A DNA stretch of 64,000 nucleotides from a bacterium (GTDB lineage: Bacteria; UBA8248): assembly GCA_965204535.1 (NCBI GenBank), contig CBDBEV010000001.1, forward strand, positions 2,336,001 to 2,400,000, given 5' to 3'. Under the pieces are notes generated by a model, which saw nothing but the letters and a program-made list of their open reading frames with translations, had not been told where the DNA came from and did no database searches. Shown here piece by piece: positions 41,875-51,364 of this stretch (position 1 is the first letter of the stretch; each line of letters starts with the position of its first letter). A program made the translations under genes and the position numbers.

Positions 41875-42633
41875 TTATTGGATGTAAGCTCGAATCGTGG
41901 CAATAATCCGGGCGACATCAACCCATGCATCTGAATAGGTTAAACCTCTTCTCCACCCCAAATGCCAACTTGTTTTCGGCATGGTTGAGTGAGTCCCCTT
42001 TATGAAGGGCACACTATCGATTACATCAGAATTTGAACTGATGGTTTCGCTTTGCTTTTTGAAATAATTCTCCCAAATGATTTCCTTCAATTCTGGCCAA
42101 GAGTCAATTTCCCGTAAAATTTTTTGCAAGTCGCGGCAGCCGGGAGCTTCTGCGTCCCAAGGGCTGATTTTGTCGGTTTTTCCACTCAATGATCTTTCGG
42201 CCAATGCGCAAGCCACTAGGCAAATATCCTCACGTGTCAGAACCAGACGTTCAATTTGTTGCAAAAACACATCACGAGCAACAATTATTCTCTCGTTCGA
42301 ATCGTTGGAAACGTCCAGTTTCTCAGCATGAAAGTGAAGGTAGTGCATGTGGATAATCATTCCAAGAATACGCTTCAGAGGTATTTGGACTTCGTTTTGG
42401 TATTCGTCCATCCCTTTAATGTTCCATCCCCGTAAATGTACAGGGAGGAGTCTTCCACTCGGGTCAGCATCTTGAATCGTTGTGATGATATCCCGAGCCG
42501 GGAGGACAAGATGTGCAAAATGGTATGCCGTCCTCGTGTCGCTGTATCCGCCTCCTAGTGGCAGAACACACTTAATCCGTTTAATTTCGGGCAAGTTTTT
42601 GCGCAAGATTTCTACCTGATCGGCAATAAGCAT
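41875..42633 (-). CDS. Hypothetical protein
   Basis: 252-aa low-GC ORF with GAGGT RBS; no family recognised. Confidence 0.65.
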   Translation of the reverse strand: MLIADQVEILRKNLPEIKRIKCVLPLGGGYSDTRTAYHFAHLVLPARDIITTIQDADPSGRLLPVHLRGWNIKGMDEYQNEVQIPLKRILGMIIHMHYLHFHAEKLDVSNDSNERIIVARDVFLQQIERLVLTREDICLVACALAERSLSGKTDKISPWDAEAPGCRDLQKILREIDSWPELKEIIWENYFKKQSETISSNSDVIDSVPFIKGTHSTMPKTSWHLGWRRGLTYSDAWVDVARIIATIRAYIQ

Positions 42634-42701
42634 TTTCGTTTACCTCTTCGGAATTTCGCTGTTTCGTGTGACTGTAGCGAGAAAAACAGCCCGTGAAAAA
42701 C

Positions 42702-43085
42702 TCATTCGGAAGCATTTTCCATGATGGATTCCTGTGACTCGCGGGCGTCTTTTATGGTCCGGTCGAGTTCATTCTTGCGTCCTTCGCGCACCAATTCATC
42801 CCGCTTCAGCGTGGAAAGAAGGTATACGCCTCGATAGATCCGCTCGAGCTGGGCTGCGATTTCAGGTGGAAACCCCGGAGAATTTGCGGTCAGCTTGCCC
42901 GTAGCGAAACCCATTGCGGCATGACGAACGAGTTCGGCGGCCGTCATTCCGCGCTCCCTGGCCTCCTTTTCAATGCAAGTCCACTCGAAATCGGAGAACC
43001 GGATCGAGCGTGGCGAACGCGATTCGCCATGTTTTTCGTCGGGATTCTCGCTGGAATCGCCGGCGACGGAATGGTTTTCGGTCAT
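42702..43085 (-). CDS. Ribbon-helix-helix protein, probable relaxosome accessory factor
   Basis: PRSIRFSD.EW..IE..A..RGM...ELVR; GGAGGT RBS; adjacent to the oriT candidate. Confidence 0.7.
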   Translation of the reverse strand: MTENHSVAGDSSENPDEKHGESRSPRSIRFSDFEWTCIEKEARERGMTAAELVRHAAMGFATGKLTANSPGFPPEIAAQLERIYRGVYLLSTLKRDELVREGRKNELDRTIKDARESQESIMENASE

Positions 43086-43379
43086 GTTTTTACCTCCAAT
43101 GGTTCGATTTTTTCAGCCGGGAAATCACCGGTATCGTTGCATTTACGGATCAAATCCGGTCGCTCCGGGCACAGATTCTCTCGTATTCTCATAGCACACA
43201 TATCTGGGAAATACTATTTCCAGCGTATGCCATGAGCATACGCCTCTTGTGAGACTCAAGGAATTCAATGAGATACGGGCGTATTACGTCGTAACACGCT
43301 CTCCCAGCGAAAGCAGGGCGGTATTTGAGGGCGTTTGAGCAAGGAACGCCATGCCTGGCGCACGATTGGCCTGCATCCA

Positions 43380-43401
43380 GCAGCCCGCTGCGTGGGGTGT
43401 G
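43380..43401 (+). promoter_or_regulatory. oriT / nic site, F-plasmid type
   Basis: GCAGCccGCTGC inverted repeat running into TGCGTGGGGTGT^G, which matches the F nic sequence as I recall it; MOB-F relaxase in the same island. Confidence 0.75.
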
Positions 43402-43662
43402 AAACCCGAAGCGCCGAAGGGCGTCAGATTGCCGAATTCGTGAGAACGAGAGATGGTGGAACCGGCGCCGGAGAGAATGGCGAGCGGGAGCCGCCGCGGC
43501 GAGTGAGCGGACAGAGCGAGGGGCAAGAGGGGTGAGGGTGCTGAACCTTGCGCCTGGATTCACAAGCGGCGGGCGCACGGGGCGCTGTAGTTTGCGCTTT
43601 TAATCACAAGCAGGCGAACGACACGGGAAGCGACGGGCCGCGCCGCCGGTGGTGCGGGGATG

Positions 43663-45444
43663 GAGACTGTGAAAGTATTCCCACGATTCTGGTGGGTGAC
43701 GCTGGCGAGCGATGCCCGGGTTGTCTGTACATGCTATCTTTACCGGTGAGTGAGATAACCACATAAAGGGTCACCACCATGTCCGAGAGACGTTATCAGG
43801 AGGTGCAGTCCCGAAGCCAGATGATGCTGCTTCCGCCGTGTCTGGACGACTACGTGTCCGAGCACAATGCGGTGCGCGCGATCGATGCGTTCGTCGGCAC
43901 GCTGGACCTGGAGGCGCTGGGGTTCGCGCATGCCGAAGCGAACTGCGGCGCCGGTCAGCCGGCTTTCGACCCGGCGCTGCTGCTGAAGCTGTATCTGTAC
44001 GGCTACCAGCACCGGGTACGGAGTTCGCGCCGTCTCGAAGCGGAGACGCGGCGCAATCTGGAAGTGATCTGGCTGTGCCAGGGTGCGACGCCGAGCTACA
44101 AGACGATTGCGGATTTTCGCAAGAACAATGTGGCTGCGCTGCAGGAGGCCAACCGGGAGTTCGTGCTGCTGTGCCGCGAACTCTCGCTGCTGGGCGGCAG
44201 CCGGGTGGCGGTCGACGGGACTTTTTTGAAGGCCGATGCGAACCTGGACAGCTTCCAAACCAAGCGGTCCCTGGCAAGGGACCTGAGGCGTTTGGAGAAG
44301 AGGATTGCGGCGTATCACCGGCAGTTGGACGAGGCGGATGCGCGCGGGGAGGAGTGTGGGGACGGTTCGGAGGATCCGGACCTGCCGGTGAAGCTCAAGG
44401 CCTTGATCGAGAGGCAACAAAAGAAGAAGGCACTGCAAGAGCATTTGCAGGAAAGCGGAGAGCGTCAGGTATCGGGGGTCGATGCAGATGCTCGACTTCT
44501 GAGGAACGGCGATATAATGGTGGGCGGATACAACTGCCAGATCGCGGTGGACGACAAGCACAAGCTGATTGTCGCGGAGGATGTGGTGCAGGACGGCAAT
44601 GACTCCGCTCAGTTGGAGCCGATGATGACGAAAGCCGGCGAAGCCATGGGCAGCGAACGCCTGGTCGGCCTGGCGGATTCGGGCTACTTCAACGGCGCAC
44701 AGTTGAAGAGTTGCGAAGACAAGGGAATGGAGGTGTATGTTCCGATACCGAACCAGACGGCCCGCAAGGGCAAGGACGGACGATTCGGCAGCGATGAATT
44801 CCGTTACGATGCGCAGGATGACACGTATGTCTGTCCGGCCGGAGAGCGTCTGGTTCGAGGCGGCACGACCACCGTCAGGGGCAGGCTGTATTACTTTTAT
44901 CGCGGGACGGCGGCGGTTTGCCGGGACTGTTCGTTGTCGGGCCGATGCCTGACAAAGTCGAGATCGACGCGCAGGATACAACGCTGGGAGCATGAGGACG
45001 TGGTGGACCGGCATCGCAAGAAGATGAACGCCCGTGTGCCATTGATGCGCGGGCGAAGCACACTCGTCGAACATCCATTCGGTACGATCAAGCGCTGGGC
45101 GGGGATGGATCATTTTGTGATGCGCGGACTCGGCAAATGCCGCGGCGAATTCAGCCTGATGACGCTGGGTTACAACTTCAAGCGGGTCATGCGTGTGCTG
45201 GGCGGAGCTGCATTTGTGGAGCATTGTCTGCAAAAACAGCGGTTGGGGACGAATGGCGTGTGAACTTGAAGCCGATTCTTCGAGGACTTGACCGCGACCC
45301 CGAGCTGACCGGCCGCCGAGACGTTTCTCTCCCGGCTCTGCGGTGTTGTTGCTCCCGAAGTTGAAGACAGTGTCCGGCCATCGGGCTGCAAGCGTAAGCG
45401 AGCCCTGTTCCGGAGACTGTGAAATCCAATACTCTCACAGTCTC
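43663..45444 (+). mobile_element. IS1182-family insertion sequence
   Basis: 17-bp IRs GAGACTGTGAAAGTATT / AATACTCTCACAGTCTC (1 mismatch); 16-bp direct repeat CGGTGGTGCGGGGATG at 43647-43662 and 45445-45460. Confidence 0.92.
43779..45263 (+). CDS. IS1182-family transposase
   Basis: P..LLKLYLYGY....SSRRLE, P.YKTIADFR, AVDGT, GYN.Q.AVD, ADSGY and VEHPFG.IK. Confidence 0.95.
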   Translation: MSERRYQEVQSRSQMMLLPPCLDDYVSEHNAVRAIDAFVGTLDLEALGFAHAEANCGAGQPAFDPALLLKLYLYGYQHRVRSSRRLEAETRRNLEVIWLCQGATPSYKTIADFRKNNVAALQEANREFVLLCRELSLLGGSRVAVDGTFLKADANLDSFQTKRSLARDLRRLEKRIAAYHRQLDEADARGEECGDGSEDPDLPVKLKALIERQQKKKALQEHLQESGERQVSGVDADARLLRNGDIMVGGYNCQIAVDDKHKLIVAEDVVQDGNDSAQLEPMMTKAGEAMGSERLVGLADSGYFNGAQLKSCEDKGMEVYVPIPNQTARKGKDGRFGSDEFRYDAQDDTYVCPAGERLVRGGTTTVRGRLYYFYRGTAAVCRDCSLSGRCLTKSRSTRRIQRWEHEDVVDRHRKKMNARVPLMRGRSTLVEHPFGTIKRWAGMDHFVMRGLGKCRGEFSLMTLGYNFKRVMRVLGGAAFVEHCLQKQRLGTNGV

Positions 45445-45483
45445 CGGTGGTGCGGGGATGGCGACGCGACCCGTGAGTGCGGC

Positions 45484-46437
45484 TCAAGCCGCGACGCGCT
45501 GGACGGGGATGCCGAGCGAGCGGGCCTTGTCGACGAGGTTGTCCGTGATGCCCGAGCCCGGGAAAGCGATCACGCCCTTGGGGAGGAGGGAGAGCAGCTC
45601 GTCGTTGCGCCGGAAGGGAGCGGCCCTGCCGTGGGCGTCCCAGTCGGGCTTGCAGACGACCTGGTGGACGCCGTTGCGCTCCGCCCATCCCGCCGCTATC
45701 TTCTCCGCACCCGGGCCGCCGCCGTGGACGAGGACGACGTCGGCGTACTTGGCTTTCAGCTTGTCGAGCTGGCCGATGATTTTACCGGCGTCGGTGGCCT
45801 CCTTGCCTCCCGCGACGGCGACGAGGGTTCCCTGGGGAAGGTGGGCCGTGTTCTCGCGGTCCTTTCTCGCGCGCTGGAAGTCCCGCGCCTCGATCACCGC
45901 CGATGTGAGCTTGCCGGTCTGCGAGACGTGCGATCCTCGCCGGGGCCGCCATACCTCGCCGGTCTCGACGCGGTAGGCCTCTGCGGCGGCGTCACGGAGC
46001 CCTTCGAACGCGTCGCGGCGGGCGGTGAGGTTCTCCGCCCGGTCGGTCGCGAGTTCGAGCTCGCGCGACCTGATCTCGGAGCCGTCCTGCTCGCGCTGCA
46101 TTTCACGGATGCCGGGGATGAGCTTGTCGGCGGCGCGGTCGAGCCGCTGTGTCTGGGCGTCCAGGGTGTTGACGAAACCCCACAGGAGGTTTCTTCGCTC
46201 ATCGGCCAGCTGCGTGCCGTCGGGCGCGGCTTCCGCGAGTGCGCCGAAGGCCTTGAGGACGGCGGCGGTGGACTCCGCCTCGCCCCAGACGGGCCGGTTG
46301 TCGAACTCGTCCGGGCCGGGGGTCGCGCCGAAGAGCTGGGCCTGTTCGCAGACCATGGCGGTGAAGGACTCGTTCTGGGCTTCGATGGTGTCGACCTCGT
46401 GCATGATCATCTCCTTGTGTGTCGCGGTGGCAGTCAT
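45484..46437 (-). CDS. DUF2493 / SLOG (YspA-like) domain protein
   Basis: C-terminal V.V.GG, LVHGG..GAE.IA..WA, PDW..HGRAAPFRRN and AFPG.G.T. Confidence 0.85.
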   Translation of the reverse strand: MTATATHKEMIMHEVDTIEAQNESFTAMVCEQAQLFGATPGPDEFDNRPVWGEAESTAAVLKAFGALAEAAPDGTQLADERRNLLWGFVNTLDAQTQRLDRAADKLIPGIREMQREQDGSEIRSRELELATDRAENLTARRDAFEGLRDAAAEAYRVETGEVWRPRRGSHVSQTGKLTSAVIEARDFQRARKDRENTAHLPQGTLVAVAGGKEATDAGKIIGQLDKLKAKYADVVLVHGGGPGAEKIAAGWAERNGVHQVVCKPDWDAHGRAAPFRRNDELLSLLPKGVIAFPGSGITDNLVDKARSLGIPVQRVAA

Positions 46438-46458
46438 CGTTCACTCCTTTCGTTGTCC

Positions 46459-46833
46459 TCAAGCGAGGGGATGGTTGAATTCGGGAAGAGCGTAGCCACG
46501 CTCGTTGCGCCCCACTTCTTTCGGCATTTCGTCGAGATACCCGGCGGCCCACTCGGCGGCGCGCGCGAGTACGTCGCCGTGGCACGGGAGGGGATGGCAG
46601 TGGCAGCCGAGCTCGCAGCCTTGGAGGTCGGCGAGTTCGTGGAGGTCCAGCTCCTCGCGCCGGATTTTTTCCCAGAGCCATCGCCGGTATTTCTCGATGA
46701 CCTCGCTGCGCGATCCATCCTTGCCGATGCGGAAGGGGTTTCCCCACTTCGTCCTGCGGTCGATCCTGACCAGCAATCCGCCGCCGAATTGAGGCGCAAC
46801 GTAGTCGTTCAGGTTCACCACGGTGGTTTCCAT
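46459..46833 (-). CDS. DUF4326 domain protein
   Basis: IDR.TKWGNPF.IG.DG.R.EVI.KY..WL, L.G..LGC.C.P.PCHGDVL. Confidence 0.88.
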   Translation of the reverse strand: METTVVNLNDYVAPQFGGGLLVRIDRRTKWGNPFRIGKDGSRSEVIEKYRRWLWEKIRREELDLHELADLQGCELGCHCHPLPCHGDVLARAAEWAAGYLDEMPKEVGRNERGYALPEFNHPLA

Positions 46834-46868
46834 GCCTTTCTCCTTCGTAGAGAGTTAACGGATGCGCT

Positions 46869-47059
46869 TCTTAGCGTCCCATTTTCAGCACGTGGTAGGC
46901 GTGGGCGTCAGGGGCGGTTTTCAGTCTTTTTTCACCCGGAGGGCGCGCAGCGGAAAAAATCGGCGCTTCACCGATTTTTTCTGAAAAAAGATGCTTTTGC
47001 GTATTTTGCAAAAGCACCCTTGACCCCGCGCCGTGCGTGCTAAAATGGGGACGCTAAGA
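46869..47059 (+). promoter_or_regulatory. Frpo/ssi-like single-stranded DNA hairpin promoter
   Basis: Long imperfect IR (46869-46914 pairs with 47017-47059); the right arm holds TTGACC (47020) and TAAAAT (47041); nested inner hairpins. Confidence 0.7.
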
Positions 47060-47344
47060 GAGAGAGGGTAGTACCGCCACCGGGACACAAGAGCCTTTGG
47101 TGTTTCACGATGAAGGCGAAGCTCATCGGGAAACAATCTCTCATGCTGCGGAAAGGGTCATTTCGGGCCGTCTTTTCCGGCCCGAAATTCCCGCAGCGGG
47201 GGGTGGACCGAGCCACTATCCGGAACATGGAATGAGTGCAGGTGCATGCCGATCTTCCGGGAACATGGTTCATCGTTCACGGAACCGGAGGATTTACCAG
47301 GTGTTCCCGGTAGACGAGATAGCAGGCACCTCTGGATAACGATC

Positions 47345-47378
47345 AAAAAAAGGGGCCGACGCCGAAGCGCCGACCCCT
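47345..47378 (-). terminator. Intrinsic terminator after ssb
   Basis: AGGGGTCGGCGC-TTCG-GCGTCGGCCCCT hairpin followed by a T-run on the minus strand. Confidence 0.8.
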
Positions 47379-47385
47379 GGTGAGC

Positions 47386-47832
47386 CTAGAACGGGATGTC
47401 GTCCCCGACTACGCCTGCGGGCACCGCCGTCGTCTCGGCGTGCGCGCCGTTGCCGTTACCGTTGCCATTGCCGTTCCCGTTCACCTTGTCGAGGAACTGG
47501 ATGCGCCCGCCCGGCGCGATGAGGATCTCGGTGGAAAAGCGATCGGAGTCCTCCTCGTCCTTCTTCCAGCGGCGGGTCTGCAGCTTGCCCGCGACGTAGA
47601 CCAGGCGGCCCTTCTTCGCGTGCTTCTCAAACATGTCCACCAAGCCGGGCTGGAAGGTCACGACCCGGTGCCACTCGGTCCTGTCCACTCGCTCGCCGGA
47701 CTGCTTGTCGACGTAGCCCTCGTCGGTGGCGATCGAGAGGTTGGCGACGCGCCCCCCGCTCGCGAGATGGTTGATGGTGACGTCGGCGCCGAGACGCCCG
47801 ATCAGTTCCGCTCTGTTGAGTCCGAAAGCCAT
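47386..47832 (-). CDS. ssb: Single-stranded DNA-binding protein
   Basis: N...LIGRLG.D, TEWHRVV, KG.LVYV.G.L.TR.W and DDIPF C-terminus; (NG)n linker. Confidence 0.95.
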   Translation of the reverse strand: MAFGLNRAELIGRLGADVTINHLASGGRVANLSIATDEGYVDKQSGERVDRTEWHRVVTFQPGLVDMFEKHAKKGRLVYVAGKLQTRRWKKDEEDSDRFSTEILIAPGGRIQFLDKVNGNGNGNGNGNGAHAETTAVPAGVVGDDIPF

Positions 47833-47912
47833 TGTAATACTCCTTCATGGTGTGGTGTGGATGATGAAGTGGAAGGGCCGGGAAGCCTCTCTCCCCGATC
47901 CCCCGATCTGCC

Positions 47913-48044
47913 CTATTCCCTCCTGAACTCCTCCTCGCCCCCCGCCTCGTCGCGGATCTTGCGGATCGTGTACGCGTCGAGTCCGAGTTCTGCGAGCAGT
48001 TCGTCCGTGGTGGGAACATCGACGTCGAAGTCGTTCTCGTACAT
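47913..48044 (-). CDS. Small acidic protein (43 aa)
   Basis: GGAGG RBS; 14 of 43 residues are D/E; directly upstream of ssb. Confidence 0.6.
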   Translation of the reverse strand: MYENDFDVDVPTTDELLAELGLDAYTIRKIRDEAGGEEEFRRE

Positions 48045-48230
48045 GGCCAAGCCTCCTGTCGGGGTTGTCGCCGGCGGCGGGAGCTGGAGACCGTCTCCCT
48101 CTCCCCTGCCGGGCCTTTGCCCGGCTCCCCGCTTCGCTCTCACTCTCGGGGGGAGGTCCTCACCCGGCGGGGACCGCTTGCAGACGATGTCGGGACTTGC
48201 CTACGCCCCGGGTTCGTGTCAGATGGAGGC

Positions 48231-49025
48231 ATGGGCAGGCGAAAGGGTATTGACAGGGGCAGCTTGAATTCGCTGGTGGTGGAGGCCTGGAAGGCGTTCG
48301 AACGCGCTGCTCCGGCTTCGCGCGTCCATCCCGCCATGCCGATTCTCTTCTTCGGCGATTTCGAGGCGTACTCTGCCTCGTCAGTTCGGGTAGTGACCGT
48401 GGGCTCGAATCCTTCGCATCACGAATTCCCCAAGGATTCTCCGTTCCGGAGGTTTCCGGGATGCGTCGGGGTCACGGCAACCGACGGCGGGCGCTACGTG
48501 CAAGGCCTGTGTTCCTACTTCCGCGCCGATCCCTACCGCAGATGGTTCCGGCTCTACGACGTCGCGCTCGGGGGAGCGAGGGTCAGTTACTATCCGGGCC
48601 AACCCTCGACGGCCCTGCATACGGACTTTGGTTCGCCCGTCGCCACGAATCCGACGTGGAGCGGACTTGGGGAGCCGGAGCGCCGTGCGCTCCAGGAAGA
48701 AGGCGGCGTCCTGTGGCGCCGGTTGATGGAAATCCTGAAGCCGCAAATCGTCCTGTTGAGCGTCGCGGGGAAAGACCGCGAGTACATCGGGCGCCACTTC
48801 CCGGCATTGAACGACTGGCGGCGGATTCATGAGTTTCGGTGCAAGAAAAACGGGGAGCCTAGAAAACGCCCATACCCGGTCGATGCGAGGTGGTACGCGA
48901 TAATGGGCGAACCTTCGCTGTTCGTATACGGCGCCAAGGCCCAGACACCGTTCGGCTCGCTGAGCGATGAGCAGAAACGACAAGTGGGAGAGTTGACGCG
49001 CCGGACATACGGCAAAGGTCCGTAG
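48231..49025 (+). CDS. Hypothetical protein, possibly uracil-DNA-glycosylase-like fold
   Basis: VVTVGSNPS, YF...PY..WF, HTD..SPVAT.P.W..L and LKP..V; fold call is inference, start uncertain. Confidence 0.5.
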   Translation: MGRRKGIDRGSLNSLVVEAWKAFERAAPASRVHPAMPILFFGDFEAYSASSVRVVTVGSNPSHHEFPKDSPFRRFPGCVGVTATDGGRYVQGLCSYFRADPYRRWFRLYDVALGGARVSYYPGQPSTALHTDFGSPVATNPTWSGLGEPERRALQEEGGVLWRRLMEILKPQIVLLSVAGKDREYIGRHFPALNDWRRIHEFRCKKNGEPRKRPYPVDARWYAIMGEPSLFVYGAKAQTPFGSLSDEQKRQVGELTRRTYGKGP

Positions 49026-49148
49026 ATTTCGCTTGTCACTACCCCCCCCCCGCCGACGACGGGCCGGCTGCGCAGCAGGGCGGCGCTATCCCTACCCCCC
49101 GCCAGACGTATAAAGGCCGGCGGCACGTGCAGGCGCGGCCGCCGGCCC

Positions 49149-49958
49149 TCAGACCCATGCGGTCAGAGTCGACATGAGGGGCTCATCCACCACGACCTCG
49201 ACCTGATCTCGCGAGAGCTTCTCGAAGGCGAGGCACATGGCGACCTCCTCCCAGGAGTCGAGGGGTCCGTGCTCGATGCCGGTGGCTAGTTCGACCACGG
49301 TGAAGCGCGGCGGATAGACGGGCAGGCCCTTGTGCTCTCCCGATGAGTGGTACGATCGGTTCGCGCAGGGAGTGCATCTCACCCCTGCGTCCGCATGGGC
49401 GCCGCAGTCGACGCAAACCGACCGTGCCCGCCTGTCGCGATAGCGTTTCCTGCTCGCGGCGTTCTTGCGCGGACGGCGTTTTTCTTGTTTTGCGGCGCAC
49501 GAAGCGCACGTCGAAGCCTCATCGACGACTTCCGCACCGCACCGTCCGCAAAGCCCTTTCACTCTCCTGGCGGCGTAGAGTTTCTTCTCGGCCGCCCGCC
49601 TCGTCTCCCGGCAGGGTTCGCAGACGGCGCCGGCCTCGACGGGCTCGCGTCCGCAGCGCGGGCACAAGCCGGCCTCCACCCGCTCGCGCCTGCGCTTCCT
49701 CGCCCTCTCGCGCGCCATGCGGCGGCGGCTCTCGGGGCAGCGGCCGCCATATGGGGCTCCCCCCGCTCGGGCTTCGGCGTATCGGGCGCGTCGGGTCTCC
49801 CGGTCCCTCTCTCCGCAGGGCTCGCACAGACTGCGCCCCGGCGCGGGAGGAATCTTTCCGCACCGGGGGCACAGGCCACGCGCGAGTCGGTCGGCGGTGC
49901 GCCGGTGGTGGCGCTCGCGCTCATAAGCGCGTCGTCTCTCCGGGTCCCTGTGTGGCAC
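49149..49958 (-). CDS. Protein with four tandem CxxC-CxxC zinc-finger repeats
   Basis: GLCPRCG..CEPC twice, GLCGRCG..CASC and VCVDCG..CTPC, separated by Arg-rich helices. Confidence 0.75.
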   Translation of the reverse strand: MPHRDPERRRAYERERHHRRTADRLARGLCPRCGKIPPAPGRSLCEPCGERDRETRRARYAEARAGGAPYGGRCPESRRRMARERARKRRRERVEAGLCPRCGREPVEAGAVCEPCRETRRAAEKKLYAARRVKGLCGRCGAEVVDEASTCASCAAKQEKRRPRKNAASRKRYRDRRARSVCVDCGAHADAGVRCTPCANRSYHSSGEHKGLPVYPPRFTVVELATGIEHGPLDSWEEVAMCLAFEKLSRDQVEVVVDEPLMSTLTAWV

Positions 49959-50051
49959 TCCGTCTCCCTCCCTGGGGTGGATGGAATCGTGCGGCCGGCG
50001 CCGGGCCGGCGAGACGTCTTGCGGGCGGAAGTTCTCCCCGGTGGGAGTTCC

Positions 50052-50348
50052 TCACCGGGTGAGCATCCGGGCCCACACGAGGTGCTCGCCCCAGAGTTGC
50101 AGCCCGCTGCCGGGGACCCGGAGCCCCGTGCAGACGATGAGTTCGTCGCGCGCGGGCCGCATCTCGCGTACGGCTTTCCGCGAGGCCGTCGCTCTCTTCG
50201 TCTTGCGCCTCCCGCTCTCCCTGTCGGGCACGGGCCTGATGTCGCCGTCGGCGGACTTGTAGCGTTTCACTTCGTAGCGCTCGTCCTCGAGGCCTCGGCC
50301 GAACAGGTGGGTGAGGAAAGTACTCGCTTCGGGTCCGGGTTTCCGCAT
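50052..50348 (-). CDS. Hypothetical protein (98 aa)
   Basis: AAGGAGG RBS; co-oriented with leading-region genes. Confidence 0.45.
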   Translation of the reverse strand: MRKPGPEASTFLTHLFGRGLEDERYEVKRYKSADGDIRPVPDRESGRRKTKRATASRKAVREMRPARDELIVCTGLRVPGSGLQLWGEHLVWARMLTR

Positions 50349-50536
50349 CGCGCGCCTCCTTGGGTGGGTGGATGATGGCGGCGGAGACGAGCCACGAACA
50401 CGGGAAGACTCCCTCCCGGCTCCCCTCCGCCGCCACCTCCCGGCCGGACTCCGCCTCCCGGTGGCGCAGAGCCACCGCCGGTGGGAAAGAAGGCGCTCCG
50501 TTCGTTCAGGGGAGTCTTCGTTCGGCCCGGGGCCTT

Positions 50537-50713
50537 CTAGGGGAAGGGTGCGTCCGGGTCCTGGCCGAACAGCTCCTGCTCCTCCAGCTCGCGGCGCCAG
50601 GCGTAGCGTCCCGTCCGGGCGGACCACTCGAAGTCCTCCTCCCGCCCGTCGGGCAGTTCGTAGCGAGCGAAGGCCGTCCAGTCCCCGCGGCGGGACGGTT
50701 TCCGGTTACTCAT
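50537..50713 (-). CDS. Small hypothetical protein (58 aa)
   Basis: MSNRKPSRRGDWTAFARYELPDG...; co-oriented with leading-region genes. Confidence 0.45.
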   Translation of the reverse strand: MSNRKPSRRGDWTAFARYELPDGREEDFEWSARTGRYAWRRELEEQELFGQDPDAPFP

Positions 50714-51364
50714 GAGTCGCGCCTTCGGGATTGTGAGAAAGGGGATCGCGGGCGCCTCACGGCCAGGCTCCGCCTCTCGCCGGCGCGGGGCCCGGGGGAG
50801 GCGCGCGATGAACGCCCCGGCGCCCGGGCGCTGGAATGCGGATATCGAAACCCCTTGCAAGCGGGCGGTTTTTCAGTTTGTTTCCGTGCGGTGCGGACTA
50901 CCGTATGCACCCGGGATGAGCGAAAGGGACGAAAGGGGAGACGCGCATGGACAAGAACGCCGGAAGTGGCTCGATCACGCCCCAGGCGGAGCGCGTCCTT
51001 CAGAAGGTCATCAACGTTGCGGAGTACCGGTGTATTGCCGCGATCAGGCTGTCCGGGCCGGCCGGAAGAGGGGGATGGCGCAATGATCCGGCAGGCACGC
51101 CCCGGGATGCGCGGAGGCTCGATTCCCCTCGTTTGCGTTTTGATTGCTTGCTGCGGAAGGTGGATTCCGGCCGAGACCCGGGGGAAATGAATGCTTCTCG
51201 ATGATATCAACGGGATCAGGAGATTTTACTTCCGCCGGCAATCCCCCACCGCCTGAAAACACGCGGGAGAGCGGGATGCGCGCCCCCTCCCGTCACCCGC
51301 CGGGAGGGGGACCGCGGTGAAGCGGGCCGGGAGGAACGGCCTGCGCTTCCCCCCGGGTCCGCCC

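Noticed and set aside
43740-47043. Long ORFs 43740-45233(-) and 45343-47043(+); similarly 37704-39092(+), 16888-17979(-) and 61376-62554(-)
   Set aside because: Antisense to recognisable genes and without motifs of their own
47445-47483. (NG)n repeat in ssb as a slipped-strand phase-variation tract
   Set aside because: Codons vary and the 6-nt unit keeps the frame; it is a typical flexible linker
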